DNA from: Phoronis australis | Taxonomy: Eukaryota > Animalia > Phoronida | Length of the DNA: 64,000 nt | Reading direction: 5' to 3' | NCBI GenBank assembly: GCA_002633005.1 | Contig: NMRA01000500.1 | Span: forward strand, 200,943-264,942 | In this document: positions 39,301-52,700 of the stretch, piece by piece | Numbering within the stretch: position 1 is the first letter of the stretch | Layout of the letters: each line of letters opens with the position of its first letter | Program-made: the position numbers and the translations under genes | Notes under the pieces: generated by a model | What the model was told of the DNA's origin: nothing | Databases searched by the model: none | What the model saw: only the letters and a program-made list of their open reading frames with translations

Positions 39301-42300
39301 CAGCATTTCTATGAGTGAGTGGCAATGACTGAAGTCACAGGCAGCTCGTGTCTGTGTTTTTAATTGTCAGATCTCGTGTAGGTCAAACTATACTTCCTGT
39401 CCACTAGACTTGAAACTCTCCTTCCATCAAAAATTAACGTTTGATGTTGACCACTTACTGTTGTGAAAATTGTTTGCATTCTGTAGTTTTATACTCACAA
39501 AGCAATTGTGGAGAGTATTTTTCACTCACGGAACAAAAAACGCGGTGAATTCTGACGAATATGTCAACCGCCCAATCTCACTAAAACAGTCACTGTAATG
39601 GCCGCCCTTTTACTTTTGTACAACCAGTAGAGTCCTAAGCATACTTACGACACTCGCCTTCCACTGAATGCATGATTTTGCTTTTTCGTTAGATTCTTGC
39701 ATCAATGCAATGCACCCTTGGTTGAGGTCAGGCCCGATTAGTTGGCTTAACACAGCAGGTTAATTTATGCGCCGAGAATGGTCTCGGGGATTTAACAAAC
39801 AGTTTTCCTTAAGTCCAGAGACCACTTCTCATCTGAGCAAAGAACCATTCACAGTTTCTTGATAAATTGTCAAGATCAAAGCGAAGATTTTTATGGTAGG
39901 CGATCTGAAATGCAATTTTACGATATGCCTTGACACAGCTGGCAGCCTCCTCTTGCTTTAGTTCGATCTTTGCATCAGCTGAAATAGGGTCGTCCCGCAC
40001 TACAAAGCTCACTTGAATCTCACTGTATTTACCCATAATGGTGTAAACATCCATCAGGCACATATGCTGCCTCGTTTTCATGTCACCGGAGTTTCACGTG
40101 TTATTTGTTATCGTCTGATTCCTTACAAGTTTTTTCTCAGTTGCATTACTCTATTCGTCCTTCCAGTGCCAACTGCTGTGCTGTTGGCTGCAACTTCGAC
40201 GTGAGAATGTTTGATAAACTGGACAATACCCATGGATGCGTGATCTGAAATTCTTTGCCTTCTTGACATCAATGAGGAATTGGAAAACGTGCCTGATTGC
40301 CAAAACAAAGTCACATGCTTTCTCATCTCTGGGACAAAAGAGTTCTATCGCCATGTAATCTGGAACGACCCTATTCAAACTATTTCCTCATACCTTATTT
40401 TCTGTATTACAGTCAGATTGGATTTTTTTCATTTTCCTGGTTTGAAGCACACTCAAGACAATGTGCAATTTCCTCTAACTTATTACAACAAAACGATTTG
40501 TTCATTCTCATCTCTAAAGAACTTAGGATGTGTAAAAAAGGTTTGGATGCAAAGAAGCCAGAAATCTTGAAATTTCATATCTTCAACGTTGTAACGGAAT
40601 CATATGAAGGTGAAAATTATTGTGGAGGGCACATTCTGCCCCAGCCACCTGGTTTCAAATGCCCTATTGTAACAGTCCAACAAACTTATTGTGTGCATAC
40701 AATTTTATCGATTTGTGGGCAGTAATTGTATCACTTTTTGCTCAATGTCTTAAGACGAAATGAACAGTTGCTTAATGTAATAGGCTAAATCAACAACACA
40801 GTGGTCATGTTTTGCATTATTTCCGACTTTGTACACCTTGACACTGCAAACTTGTCCAATTCAGGTATTTAATGCGTTCTTTCGAATTGAAGTAGTACCG
40901 AATGCGTGAACTTTTTGTCCACAGTGTACACATAGCAGACTTTCTTCCTGCACACCAGAGAAAGCGAAGGTTATCGCTCAAGGGGAAGAATCCTCGTGAA
41001 CAGCTTTTGGAGGCACATAGGCAGGCAACAAGCGAGTGTGGGAGCAATGTGGACCCAATCAGAATACAGAAGGAGTTCCTCCGAATATGTCGTGGCATGC
41101 CATTCTACGGGTAAGTTAATAATATAGTAGACGTGGTTATACTTAGTAAAACAGGTGTAGTCTGAGCATTTTCTCTTCAGTTCTGTGGGTAACCTTTTGA
41201 AGGAATTGGATCGAGGTTAAATGTCATTAAATTATAATTTGAAAAGTCACGTACATAATGGACGAATCTCATCAGGTCAAGGAAATATCTCACCATCAAT
41301 GTGTTCTATCAATGGAAAACCTAGTGCATTTGTGTCACGTGATATCGTGAATGAACGACAACTGAGGTCAATTTTGTTTGGGATTGTCTTCAGCGTAGCC
41401 TGTGTCTCTCATCAACACGTTGACTAGTATTAGAGAACTGAGATGACGATAGAAGCAGGGAGTTTGTGGGACGCGCGTTTGATCCCAGTTCCAGTTTTAT
41501 GGGCTTTAACAGCACAGTAAAGTCCTGGTCTGTGCCTTTAAACTAAAGTGAATTCTTAGACGAAGCGTGCAACTCACTGCGTCTACGTGCCTCTTGTACT
41601 GGTGACTGACAGCAGTTTAGTATTGACCAGCTCTCCATAAACTTTTGTGGTCCAGTAGCTCACAAATTCACCTAAGAAAAAACATAATACTGAGGAGTCT
41701 GTAAATTAAGTCCCAAGTTTGTAATGGTGCTAGTGCGAGACTGGCACTGGAGAACCTTGATCATTATTCCCTTGCTTCCAAGTGTATGTTGACAGATATC
41801 TCATCTTTCTAGTTCAGTTTGTTGTATCCAGTGTGGTCCAAGGATATCATTTATACCATTTGATGTTTGATATCAGAAATAGGCATCTATTAATGAGGGT
41901 ACATGTTGCCAACTATATGACACAAGTTGGATGTAAAAAACTTGCAGCACTGGTGGCTTATCACCTGAATTATGTACTTGTAACGAATTGCCTTTTTGTT
42001 GACAATTTATGGTTGTTGCAGTTGCGCGTTCTTTGACGGACAAATTGAAACCCCTAGAGGGATGATGAAGCTTGTCAACCAAGAAGACAAAGCTGTTAGG
42101 ATAGGAATCAACAGAGAAGGCATCTACATAATTGACCCAATTAAAGTGGTAAGTGGCCTGCTAGGAAACCATTAAAGTGGTGAATGAAGGTAGGAACAGT
42201 TGAGAGAGCGTCTACTGACCTTATGGCTATTTCCAAAGTAGCGGTGACATACTGAAGGATACTTTATTGCTAAGTGGCAATCTAGCATTTGGTGGACGAT

Positions 42301-43799
42301 CCGTTCGTATCACCTGTGACTTGGGTTGAGATTTGTGGCATTGGAATTTCACGTTTTTTTGAATTTATAATTTTTGTGCAAACGTTATCCGGTAAAATTA
42401 TCATTTGTTCTGTTGGATGGTTAAATGATTTGCGTGCAAAAGCCTAACTTTTCAAAATGTCCGTGAATTAAAGAAATTGCATGGAAGGTTCGTCACCCCA
42501 GAATTTGAAATTGGGTGAGGTGAAGGTCACTTTTGTGCTCTCATGTCACAAAAGGGTTATATGTCAGGTATCATGGAACATGGAGATGGCTTTATTAACC
42601 TTATTTCGTGTTGATCACGACTTTGTTAGCATAGATAGGACTTTACTGTTCTCTGGTAGGTTGACTCAACTAAAATGTTACAAGTAGTGGTTTTAAAACT
42701 TTCATGAAAAATAGGAATCAAACTGCCCACCATCATGTTTTTAAATTAATTTTAGAAAGTCGGTGCGTCGATCATTTTTGTTATTTGTGAACATTTTTAT
42801 GACAAATCTGAAATCTCACTGTGAAGAAATCTAAGTAAATGCTCAACATGCATTGTGACTGTGCTCACTTTGCTTGTAAGACTTTTGTAAGTACTGTTGT
42901 GTTGCAATGAACCTCACAGGATCTTCTGAAATGTTCTGTGTAACCGAAGTTTGCTGTATTAAGCAAATCAACTTGGGACTTGTGAAATGGAATGTCATGA
43001 GTGAACAAACATAAACATGGAAACACTCAGTTACATGTTTCACCAGCATGAAGCTCCGACAGTCTAATTAATGCAAGTTTAATTTTCTCCCTGATTTTCT
43101 TTGTAGTCACTCATCCTGGGTTTAACATATAGAGAGTTCTCCTGGCAATTCGCCACGTCCGACAAGTGCGCCAAGGATCCCAAACACTGTCTTCCATGTC
43201 TTTTTATACAGTTTCAAATCGACGGTGTCAACAAACTGTTGCAGATTTTCTCAAAACAGGTGTGTCATGTCATTTGATTTGCTTTCTATTGTTGCCTCTC
43301 TCCTTAACTTTGTCTTGCTATGGCATTTTTCACTTTAATTAAGACTATTGAGTCATGTGCTGTGATTAGATAATGCATCGTTCCATAACTTTAAGAAGTC
43401 GTTAATTAAGACTCTAATGAGGGAACTGGACTTTAATTACGAGACTTTAAGTGATGAAATTCATGTTAAGCTGTGACAAAGAAAGAATTTGCATATTTTG
43501 AAATAATTATTCTGGACTCGTTTCCATGTGGCTCTGTCCACGTGTTGTGCATTTGATTGCTCATGTGGAACTGCCGGGAAAATAACCTGCGTTTAACTGT
43601 TTAGGCCGTGATGATGGATGCCCTTATCGACGCCTTTGTTGGATTCCTACTACAGTCGCCCGTGGCAACAGAACAAATAGATGGCAACGCCGGTGGTGAC
43701 GTCGTTGATGGAAGAAAGAGCAGCGTTGATGGCAGGGTTCGTGTGTGTATGCAACGACAAGGTATGGAAATTGGTTGTTCTCAAGAGCAAGTCGACTAA
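33338..43799 (+). CDS. FRMD8: FERM domain-containing protein 8 (iTAP), ~436 aa from this ATG
   Basis: Exons 33338-33488, 36729-36896, 37444-37542, 37995-38059, 39148-39314, 40925-41110, 42022-42148, 43107-43259, 43605-43799, all GT-AG and in frame. Motifs matching FRMD8: FDLWFISAHLALQLKANHIPYRLAMKWPDLL, DEPVLTFMRNVYF, DFLPAH, MPFYGCAFFDGQIE, NKLLQIFSKQAVMMDALI, MQRQG. The 3' end is uncertain (possible donor after 43761); AATAAA at ~43883. Confidence 0.92.
39960..40350 (+). mobile_element. THAP-domain DNA transposon remnant in an FRMD8 intron
   Basis: Homologous to 52840-53170 (-); decayed CCAVGCN..KLD.YP..KFF motif. Confidence 0.65.
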
Positions 43800-45265
43800 G
43801 TATCAAGCTACCTGAACAACATATCTGCCACACTCATGAACATAGTTTCTTACTGATAAAATGAAACGTTTCTCACGGGCCTAATAAATAAACTCAATGT
43901 ACAGACTCAAAAACATGGCTCACCTAGGCCCAAACACTGTGTCGGACTCAAAAAAAACATGACGTCTTGTGCACCTAAAACACAATTCCCGGCAAAGATT
44001 TGGCTCACTTATCCCCCCAGCACAGTTCACAGATATGTAATCCAGTGTTTGTGAAAATGGCTTCAATTTCGCGAGTGTGAATTGTGGATGCATAAGAACT
44101 GATTTGTGAGTCTGGCACCATGTTTGGTGCCGGTAAGGAGTTGTGTTTGTGAGACCAAGCACTAGTTTGCTAGCCACGTTTTATAAGTGTGGAAATTGAA
44201 TGTGACGGCCAATTTGTTCAGATAACTTCTGAGTATTAAAATCNTAGACCTCTGACAGAAGAGACATTTTGTGCGTATGTGGGCGGTCTATTTTCAAACG
44301 TTCAGCCTTTTGCTCATATGTGCTAGTTGATTTGTGATAGTAATTGATACGATTTTGAAAGTGCTATTCAGTGTATGTAACGTATGTCAAATTCAAGTAT
44401 CGTTCAAAAAGGTAATGACCGTTTAGTTCAAAGGAAGTGTCTGTCTCTTATTCTGTGTCTTTTTCTTCTGTGTGTAAGGTTACGGTTTCAAATGTTAAGC
44501 CACTTTTTGGCAGGTATGCAGCTATGAGGATACAAATTGCTTATTGACGTGTTTCGAACACCTTGCACTGTAGCACTTGAGCAGATGATACTGCAATTAA
44601 CTAAGATTTCACCGATTCATTCATCATTATACCTTGTTGCAAGTTGATTAAATAACTTGCATACAGAAACTTGCATCTGTGACATCTGCACCCTGGAATT
44701 GTGCACATAAACAGTCGTACAGTACATTCAATTTGCTTCATCATTTTTTCTTTTTACTTTTTAAAGTTGTATTGATTTCACATTAAATGAAACTTTGAGT
44801 AGTGGTTAGCGTAGTGGAATGTAAATAGTTAACTTATAAAGTTAATGTGACATGTTAGAGCTAAAGCTATATTGAGTGCAATTTCAGTAATATGGTTATC
44901 TTGAGACATCCCAATTCACACAATGGTGAGTTTTGTGATGATCACAAAAAAATTTTATGTGGTGAAATGAGGCAAATATTAAGCTCTTCTGGTTTTCGGT
45001 CATTATGTTGTGATCGGAATCAGGAATGGAGCTCAGTGGTGTTGTTTCTGGCTCCCTGACCCGCTCCATTCTAATTTGATGTTGCGTTCAAGTCTGCCAT
45101 TTTTGACCCACCGAAGCAGCACTCAATATAACTGTAAAGAAAATTGAAACTCTAAAGTGAACAATGAAGAGTATACACTGTGTAAATATATGAACAAACT
45201 TTATTAACTTTCTTCACTCTTTCAGTTGTTTACATTTTAATACAATTAATATTGTGTACATGTTA

Positions 45266-45555
45266 GGCCAAAAAAGTATTAGTAGGTTGTGGTCTCCCCC
45301 TGGCTAAAAAAACACCTTTCAGTTTCAGGCAAGGTCTGGTGACGTTTTTTATTTGAAAAGCTGCTCAAAGGCATGTAATCAAGATTTTTGGAATGCCACG
45401 ATCAGCCAAGCAACGAGTGAAAAAAGTAATCCCCATCACTTTTGCTCAGTTCAGGTAGAGTCTTTTTTGAAAATGTGAGCAATTAAAACATACTGCACCA
45501 CAGACTCAATTTTCAAACAAACAGACCAGAAGCAATATAATATGCTATTTTGGCC
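45266..45555. mobile_element. MITE with TTA TSD
   Basis: TTA|GGCCAAAA...TTTTGGCC|TTA. Confidence 0.55.
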
Positions 45556-46526
45556 TTATATTTAGGCACTTCAGCATTTTGGAGTTGTTTTGTACATTCA
45601 TCTGTGTGTATTGTGCAATTTGCATTAATCTTCAAAACTTGGTATGGTTATTTTATTTTTCATTCATCTCAATATCTGTGATCTAAACCAGCAAGCGTAA
45701 TTGTACTGGTGAGTAGTCGTTATGACATATAGATACAGGTGTAACAGATGACTGCAAAATAAGAAAACAATTAAACGTCATTAAGATGTTACATTATTTG
45801 ACCATATCATTTGGTAAAAGAACAAGAAACATATAGCCCAAAGCACTGAGGCAGTTTAAAAATGAAAAAAATTAACAACATAAGCTGACTTAGGAAGGTT
45901 CGAGAAGGTATGAAATTCCTTATATTTTTCAATGTGAGTCGAGGTTCTGCGAGATCAGATTGTCACCAAGCCTTTGCAATTAGCCAAATATTTACATAAC
46001 TGTAGCATTTTAAAAAAGTAAAAGTATACAATTTCTTAAACCAGAAAGCCTGTAGAATTTGATTTTACCCCATATCAATCTGAAATTAATTTGGACACGC
46101 GACTGCCTTTTTGGAAAATAATGCAGAAAGAGAATGCCACATTTATAGCAAATGATAGCAACAAAAATTTTTAAATTATCAAGATGAATGCAGTAAAATC
46201 TGTATGAGAAAAAATTTATTTATTTCTCCCGCCATGTTTTTGTTTTAGTTTTAGTTTCCAAACCGTCCACCCATAATTTTTAATTACTCTGGAATGCAAC
46301 CATGTTAGGTCACTTCAATTTCTTGAATTTTCATATACTCCACAGGTTCTTCCAATGCACAAAAACAGTCGAATACGGTTAATTATAAGTTTTTTCAATT
46401 ATGTGATGCAGTTTAATGATGCAGTGGCATAAAATATGTTGCTTGGACAAATGATACACGATGATATAGAGGATATCCAGTTACACTGGTACTCCCAAAA
46501 AACATTTCACACATCCCTACTCGTAT

Positions 46527-47049
46527 GGTGCGTTCCCATTAGGGAAACTTCGGTTTACCGAAGCTTCGCTGAGACTTCGCTTATCTTTCCAACTAGACGG
46601 TGATATTGAAGTTATCACTAGATGGCAATTCAGTCATGGGAGTAGACACCAGAGGGCAGTTCATTAGTACCATTCTCAAAAGAATATTAAGGCTAAATGT
46701 AAATTGTTCTGCCATTTACGAGTGTTATGAAAATTATCAGTGTCATTCTTAATCAGATATTTCTTTTATTTATTTACGTGCATCTATTGAGAGCACATCG
46801 ACTATGCTACAATAACCAAGAACATATTTTGCGAGTCTCGCATGATTGTATATTGTTGCCATGACCTCGTATCGATAACTTCAACGAAACTTCGTTCTGA
46901 TCATTCCTATTTCGGAGAGTACTGAAGCTTCGCTTTCAAACCCCACTACTTCAGCAAAGTTTCGCTTGCAGTTTCATCACAGGAGTTAACCTTTCACACT
47001 TACCGATACTTCGGTAAAAGTGAAGTTTGACCTCTAAAAGGAAAGCACC
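46527..47049. mobile_element. MITE with Harbinger-like termini, carrying two CTCF-like motifs
   Basis: TIR GGTGCGTTCCCATTAG / CTAAAAGGAAAGCACC (13/16) plus subterminal CTTCGGT/ACCGAAG repeats. Confidence 0.6.
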
Positions 47050-48018
47050 AATAAAGTGCTGTACACTTCAGGGGTATTTAGAATTCAGATAAGTAAGAAT
47101 CCTAGTTTGGCCATTACGGGCACAAGCCCAGTCAACTGGATGTGCCAACATAGTACATGTGGGACTTGCTATCACTAACAGCAATCATTACTCCCCAGTC
47201 CCCAAATATGAGAAGCTGATAACAAAAGAAAGCACGCTAGTTGCTTGTGCCCTTCAGATTCCAATACCAACCAATTCGGACCATTCACAATTTAACTACT
47301 GACACCTGCAAAATGGATTATAGCATTCCATGAATTCATTTATTAACAATACGCAAAATTTTTGTTACATGTACTTTGTTGCGTGGAACATCCGATAATA
47401 GCACTGTGACAGTAGGTTGAACAGAAACTGGTACTTTTTATGAACACAGGCATACACAATTTATATTTTAATTGCCGCCCACCATTCGTCCTTGTTTTGT
47501 TCAACTTCTACTCACATGTAACGTGGAAGACTTAAAAAAATAATTCCTCATAGCACAGCATAAGAAAACTTCATTTCAATATGATCAGTCATTTCTGAAT
47601 CTGAGGCGTGATGTTTCAAAATTAACCAAATTTGGACACATTCCTTTATTTTTCTGTGGCAGAGCACGATTTACCCTTCATATTGGGTCAATCTTTAAAC
47701 ACAAAAAGATTTAAATGCAAGTAAATACTGATTGAGTGATTTAAGGATAAATAATCAGAAAGCAAGAAAAATGGATTCATTACCACGTATAGTAGAAGTT
47801 ATAACCTGAATGATGACTAAGCAGTTTTTCATTAATCTAAATGAAACTGGCAGGCTAGAGCTTATTACTAAAGTAAACCAATGAGCTAGAGATATACACT
47901 GTATTTAGCTCACTGAGTAAACACAGCTCACAATGAAAGTGTGTTGGCGAAACAAGATTAATTACCGTAATTAGCAAGATTTTAAATCGTAAAACAACAT
48001 GCAGTTACAGAATTATTA

Positions 48019-48900
48019 TTATGCAGTTCCCTTGGACAGTCCTTTCTTTGCAAACCATTCATTACTTTTGTCAGCAGCTATGCCTTCATCGAGCAATGAG
48101 TCAGCATTTGGGTCTTGCCTGGACAATTCACGGAATGCTTCATCTCCAACAAAACAGATTTCATGTCCATCGGGATCTGCCAAAATGACCACTTGAACAG
48201 TGGCTTTTCCTGGAGTGTCCAAGCTAACCAAAGGCGTAAGAATTGTCTGATCAGCGTCTTTCATTTTCTTCTCGATTTCCGGAAGATCATTGGCTGGGCA
48301 GGAGAAGGCAATCCTTCCATATGCCTTGGCATGGTCAACCACTTTACCAGTGTCACAAAGTTCCAGCTTACACTGGTTCTCGGCAAATCCCATCAGAGCA
48401 CGCTTTTCATCTCGCAAATATAATTTCATTCCGAGCAGTCCTTCCCAAAAATCCACAGAACGTTGCAAATTCGAGGACGCCAAAGAAACAGTCTGTACAG
48501 GATCTTCCACCGCATCTTTATCCACCAAGACAAATTTATAACCTTCCACCGCCAGAATTATATTACCAGAATCGTCGACGCTGGATGGCCATTCACCCTT
48601 CTGTGCATTCGCCACCGCTTGCTTAGAATGAATAGTGATGCCTCTAAAGTCGTCCCCCATTGCATAGGTACCGAGTCCATAATTATAGGTCAGTTCTAGT
48701 ACAAAGTGGTTGTCTTCTGATCCATAGCCGACCATGGACTTACTCCATTTTCCGTCGTACGGGCCGTTACATGCAGCTTTGCAACCTTCCTCGAATTCCT
48801 CGTGACGAAGAAACTTCATGCCCAGGATGTTGCGAAAGAAACTGGCCGTTTTTGTGCGATCACCAATTTTGAAAACGAAATGAAGCGCTCTTCGAGACAT
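48019..48900 (-). CDS. GLOD4: Glyoxalase domain-containing protein 4, intronless, 293 aa
   Basis: Single [121 protein letters not shown]. Confidence 0.97.
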   Translation of the reverse strand: MSRRALHFVFKIGDRTKTASFFRNILGMKFLRHEEFEEGCKAACNGPYDGKWSKSMVGYGSEDNHFVLELTYNYGLGTYAMGDDFRGITIHSKQAVANAQKGEWPSSVDDSGNIILAVEGYKFVLVDKDAVEDPVQTVSLASSNLQRSVDFWEGLLGMKLYLRDEKRALMGFAENQCKLELCDTGKVVDHAKAYGRIAFSCPANDLPEIEKKMKDADQTILTPLVSLDTPGKATVQVVILADPDGHEICFVGDEAFRELSRQDPNADSLLDEGIAADKSNEWFAKKGLSKGTA

Positions 48901-49190
48901 TGTTACTCCGAGATAAAGGCGGGAAGTAAAGTCGATGACTGTCAATGAGCGAAACGTACGCAACAAGGACTAGCAAAAACAAATATTTGAGCAAGTTTGG
49001 CAAATCTCACGTGACGGAAGTAAACTCACTTTATTACCTTCAGTACAAAAGTTTGTAAGTTCCGGGAAATTTGATTTCATTTTTTAGTTTCAGTTCGGAA
49101 CAACTATTGGGTTAGAATTATACACCTTATTCGAATCCAGACTTCTTGTATATTTGTGTATCGTATTAATTTTAATCTATAGAAGGTATG
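48901..49190. promoter_or_regulatory. Probable bidirectional promoter shared by GLOD4 and RAD52
   Basis: Divergent genes; E2F/ETS-like GGCGGGAAGT (~48918); E-box TCACGTGA overlapping ETS CGGAAGT (49007-49021); likely non-coding RAD52 exon ending AAG|GTATGT at ~49185. Confidence 0.6.
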
Positions 49191-49503
49191 TTGTACAACG
49201 AGATTCGATTTTACATTCAATCTTTTCTTACACTTCGCAAGAGCAGCAGAGGCTAGAGTCAGACAGAGGGTGATGTCCATCTCACTCAGCAGGCATCACA
49301 CTGTGTCGACTGGCACGAGTTCTCAGTATATCCGAATGAAGTTTGCGTTGTAGTTATTTACAGGGGTCCAGAATTTTGAGAGCCAGATTGATGCCCGTTA
49401 TTCTGTGGATAAAGCTGGTTCTCAAAATACTGGCTGCCGCGAGTGACTTGCTGAAGTTTGGTGTTTATTATGAGGGAGCAGTATGCATATTGCATCGTGC
49501 ATA

Positions 49504-49517
49504 GTGCCACCTAGTGT
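49504..49517 (-). promoter_or_regulatory. CTCF-like motif
   Basis: Reverse complement ACACTAGGTGGCAC. Confidence 0.4.
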
Positions 49518-49757
49518 CACTGTAAGTTGGCTGCTGTGGGTACACAATCATTACTTTTCACGCTCATCTATATGCTGATGTTCCTTGGCTTTGCTTGATT
49601 TGTTTGTGGTTGTAATTTTTGTATCGACTATGATCTGTCTACATCGTGTGTTTTGGTGTTTTAGATATGTCAATAAACACTGGTACAGGCTCACCACTTG
49701 TGTTCAATGAATGAGCTCATGTTGAAAGTCTGTAAACTGATGAGCTGTTACTGAGCA

Positions 49758-52700
49758 ATGGAGACAATGCCTTCTACAGGACCAGTGGAATGTCCTCCAC
49801 CAGGATTTGGTGTGGTAATTACTTATTGGTGCTTGATAACATGAAAGTAAATTTCATGTGTAGACAGTAGTGGTCCTCTACGGTATATTATTGGTGCCAG
49901 TTGTTTAAATTTGAGTATCCAGCATAAATTAGTTCTACAGTCTCTAATTTCTATTCAATTTAGGGCTATTTTTAGTGGCACACCACACCATATCATGGGT
50001 CAACAACTGATCCAGCACCAATTAGCAAAAATGATTAAAAAGGCTACTGATTTGTTTCTATTATCTTCCTGTGAAAGTACATTACAAAAACTCCTGTTTG
50101 ATTTCAACTCCAGGCCACAGCGCTCTCTAAATTAGGTATGGTACCAATATCAATCTAGCTGTTAAGCATTCCCGCAGTCTTTTGTCCAGCGTCATAACTC
50201 GCAAGCCAACTATCTAACATGGTTAAAGGAGTTTCTAAAACCATTCATCAACAAGAACCAGAGAACCAAAACCTAACGCATATCTATGTTTGTTCATTGT
50301 TGTCATATTTTTGATAAAAATCACTGTAAGCTAATGTTTTATAAGGAATTCAAGTTTAGAAGCCAAACCATTCCCGATATATCAATTTAGCCAGTATTTT
50401 ATTGTTATGAAGCCATTGCTAATGCAGTAATTGCTCTGCTATGCACAATAAGACATTAGATCAAGTTTGCTGTTTACTACATTTCTTGTACAAATTAATG
50501 TAGTTACGTGAAACAAGCTGAGGTTCTAATGAAAAGTACAAGTGTTTTAATAAAAAACACAAAATTGTACATAACACAGTTACAAATTGTTTTCATGTCA
50601 GAGAATTAATACCATGTTGGCCATGTCTTTCTACAGCTAGATTCATTACTTCACACTTAAGTTAATGTAGGTTTAAGTTGGTGATTGTTGGCATGTTGGT
50701 GACACTTTGAGTTCATATAAACATTGTGTTAGAATTTATGTATTGCTGTTTGTAAGATCAAATATGCCGCTATTCGCTTGAGCAACCACAAATTAAGGGT
50801 CCAAATCTGGGTTTTTGTTTGTGATTCCCTGCGCTTTTTACTCTGTTGTGTTTCAGACCCAGTTCACAATTGAGGAAGAGAAAGCCATACAGGCAGCCCT
50901 GCAGCAAAAACTTGGACCAGAGTTCATCAGTCAACGCCAGGGGGCAGGAGGACAAAAGGTATGTTCAAGCATTTGAAGTCAACCATCCCTTCTTGCTATA
51001 AGTTATGGCGTATTCTTAGAGACTGTATTTTTACAAAAAGGAGATATGTTCCAGCAGGGATGTAGAGCGTAAGACCAAATTTCTGACTTCATGAAAAAGA
51101 TCCCTGTACTCAATATAAACTGCACTTCATTTTTTTTGCAGTTAGCCTACATTGAAGGATGGAGAATTATTAATCTTGCAAATGAGACCTTTGGTTTCAA
51201 TGGCTGGTCTCACTCGGTCACTCATCAGACTGTAGGTAAGAAAAGTCTTTTTAAGCCACAGACTATCGCAGTATTTCATAAGCTGTGTAAAAACAGGAAG
51301 GGTTTTCAGAGCTGCCTTGGTCTTTGTTATGTTTTCTTTCGGGGAGGGGACACAATGTTGTTTATTTCATTTTTTAGCCCACTTAAGAGGTTATGAGAAA
51401 CCCCTCATCTTACCTCACTTCCGTAAGTGATGTAACTGTCAATATTGTGTTGACCTCTGAGAGGTCAGGTCTTCAGCAACTGGAGCCACTTAATAAACTT
51501 ATGGGTCATTTCATTGACCTTCCACCTCACTTCATAAACCCAGGAGAATATGGTATGCTAACAATACTAATACTGCCTTTTTATAGGATTGTTATTAACA
51601 AAATAATTGTCACATTCCATGAAAAAATTAAATTCTTTTATTTTGGATCCTTACATATTGTGCCCATTCATTCAGTGCATTGTGTGTTCAATGGTGTCAA
51701 CATGTGTCAAGAAGATCGCAATTTTCACTTCAAAATCATGTCATGTTTCGAATGAGGTATGCGTCTTTTTTATGCAAGTAATTTTTGCAAAGATGATAAC
51801 ATTTCAAATGCTGTGTTTGTCTTTGCAGATTTCATTGATCATTACAACGGGCGATTTTATGTGGGTGTGAGCGCATTTGTTAAGGTTCAGCTAAAGGTTT
51901 GTGACAACTCAATAATTAATATGTTATGTTTTGAAGACCACGCCTATTGTATTTGTAAACCAGAATTAAAAGCCATTTCAATGTCATCAAAACCCTCTTT
52001 AGTAACATTATGACTTCTTGCAATAATATAATAAGCTTTTAACGGAAAGGTATGAAAATCAAAAGTGGCAAATTATTAGTTTTAGCAATAAATTGAAGAA
52101 TTTTTTCAGCATTTGTGAATGTCAAGTATTTCATATTCTGCTCAGAAATAAATTGTATTTTTCCACGTGACATTACTTCTTGTGTTCATTTCTGCACCAA
52201 AGCTGCATTTTGTTGCATTTCACATTCAAACAATCAACTATTGAATAATAATTTCTTTTCTTCCAGCTAGTTGGTTTACCACCTGCGGTTGATAACTTCA
52301 ATCTTTGGTTGAAAACTTAATTACTAATGTTTCCAGGACGGTGCTTTCCATGAAGATATTGGTTATGGAGTGTCCGAAGGAATGAGATCTAAGGCACTGT
52401 CTGTGGAGAAGGCTCGCAAGGAAGCTGTCACTGACGGTTTGAAGAGAGCCTTGAAGTAGGTGTTACATAACAATTAAAAGCGCCCGCTTTGTTGTAAAAA
52501 AGGAATTTATGTAGACCTCGCACTGCTATGAAACTGAAACAGTCTTCGACTTGTTCCATACTGAGATTAAGAGTGATTTCTGGACTTGGGAAGAGCTGAC
52601 AGTTATTTTGTGCACCGAGCTTGTTCTCAAGCAACAACAGAATATCTCCCTGGCACAGCAGTCATGTTTAATTTTTGGGACCTTTTAAAGTGCAGTGATT

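Noticed and set aside
42149-42185. Duplicated exon end (ATTAAAGTG|GTG) as an alternative FRMD8 donor
   Set aside because: Its use adds an in-frame TAA, the donor is weaker, and there is no further support.
48115-48872. Plus-strand ORFs overlapping GLOD4
   Set aside because: Antisense shadows of a conserved coding sequence.
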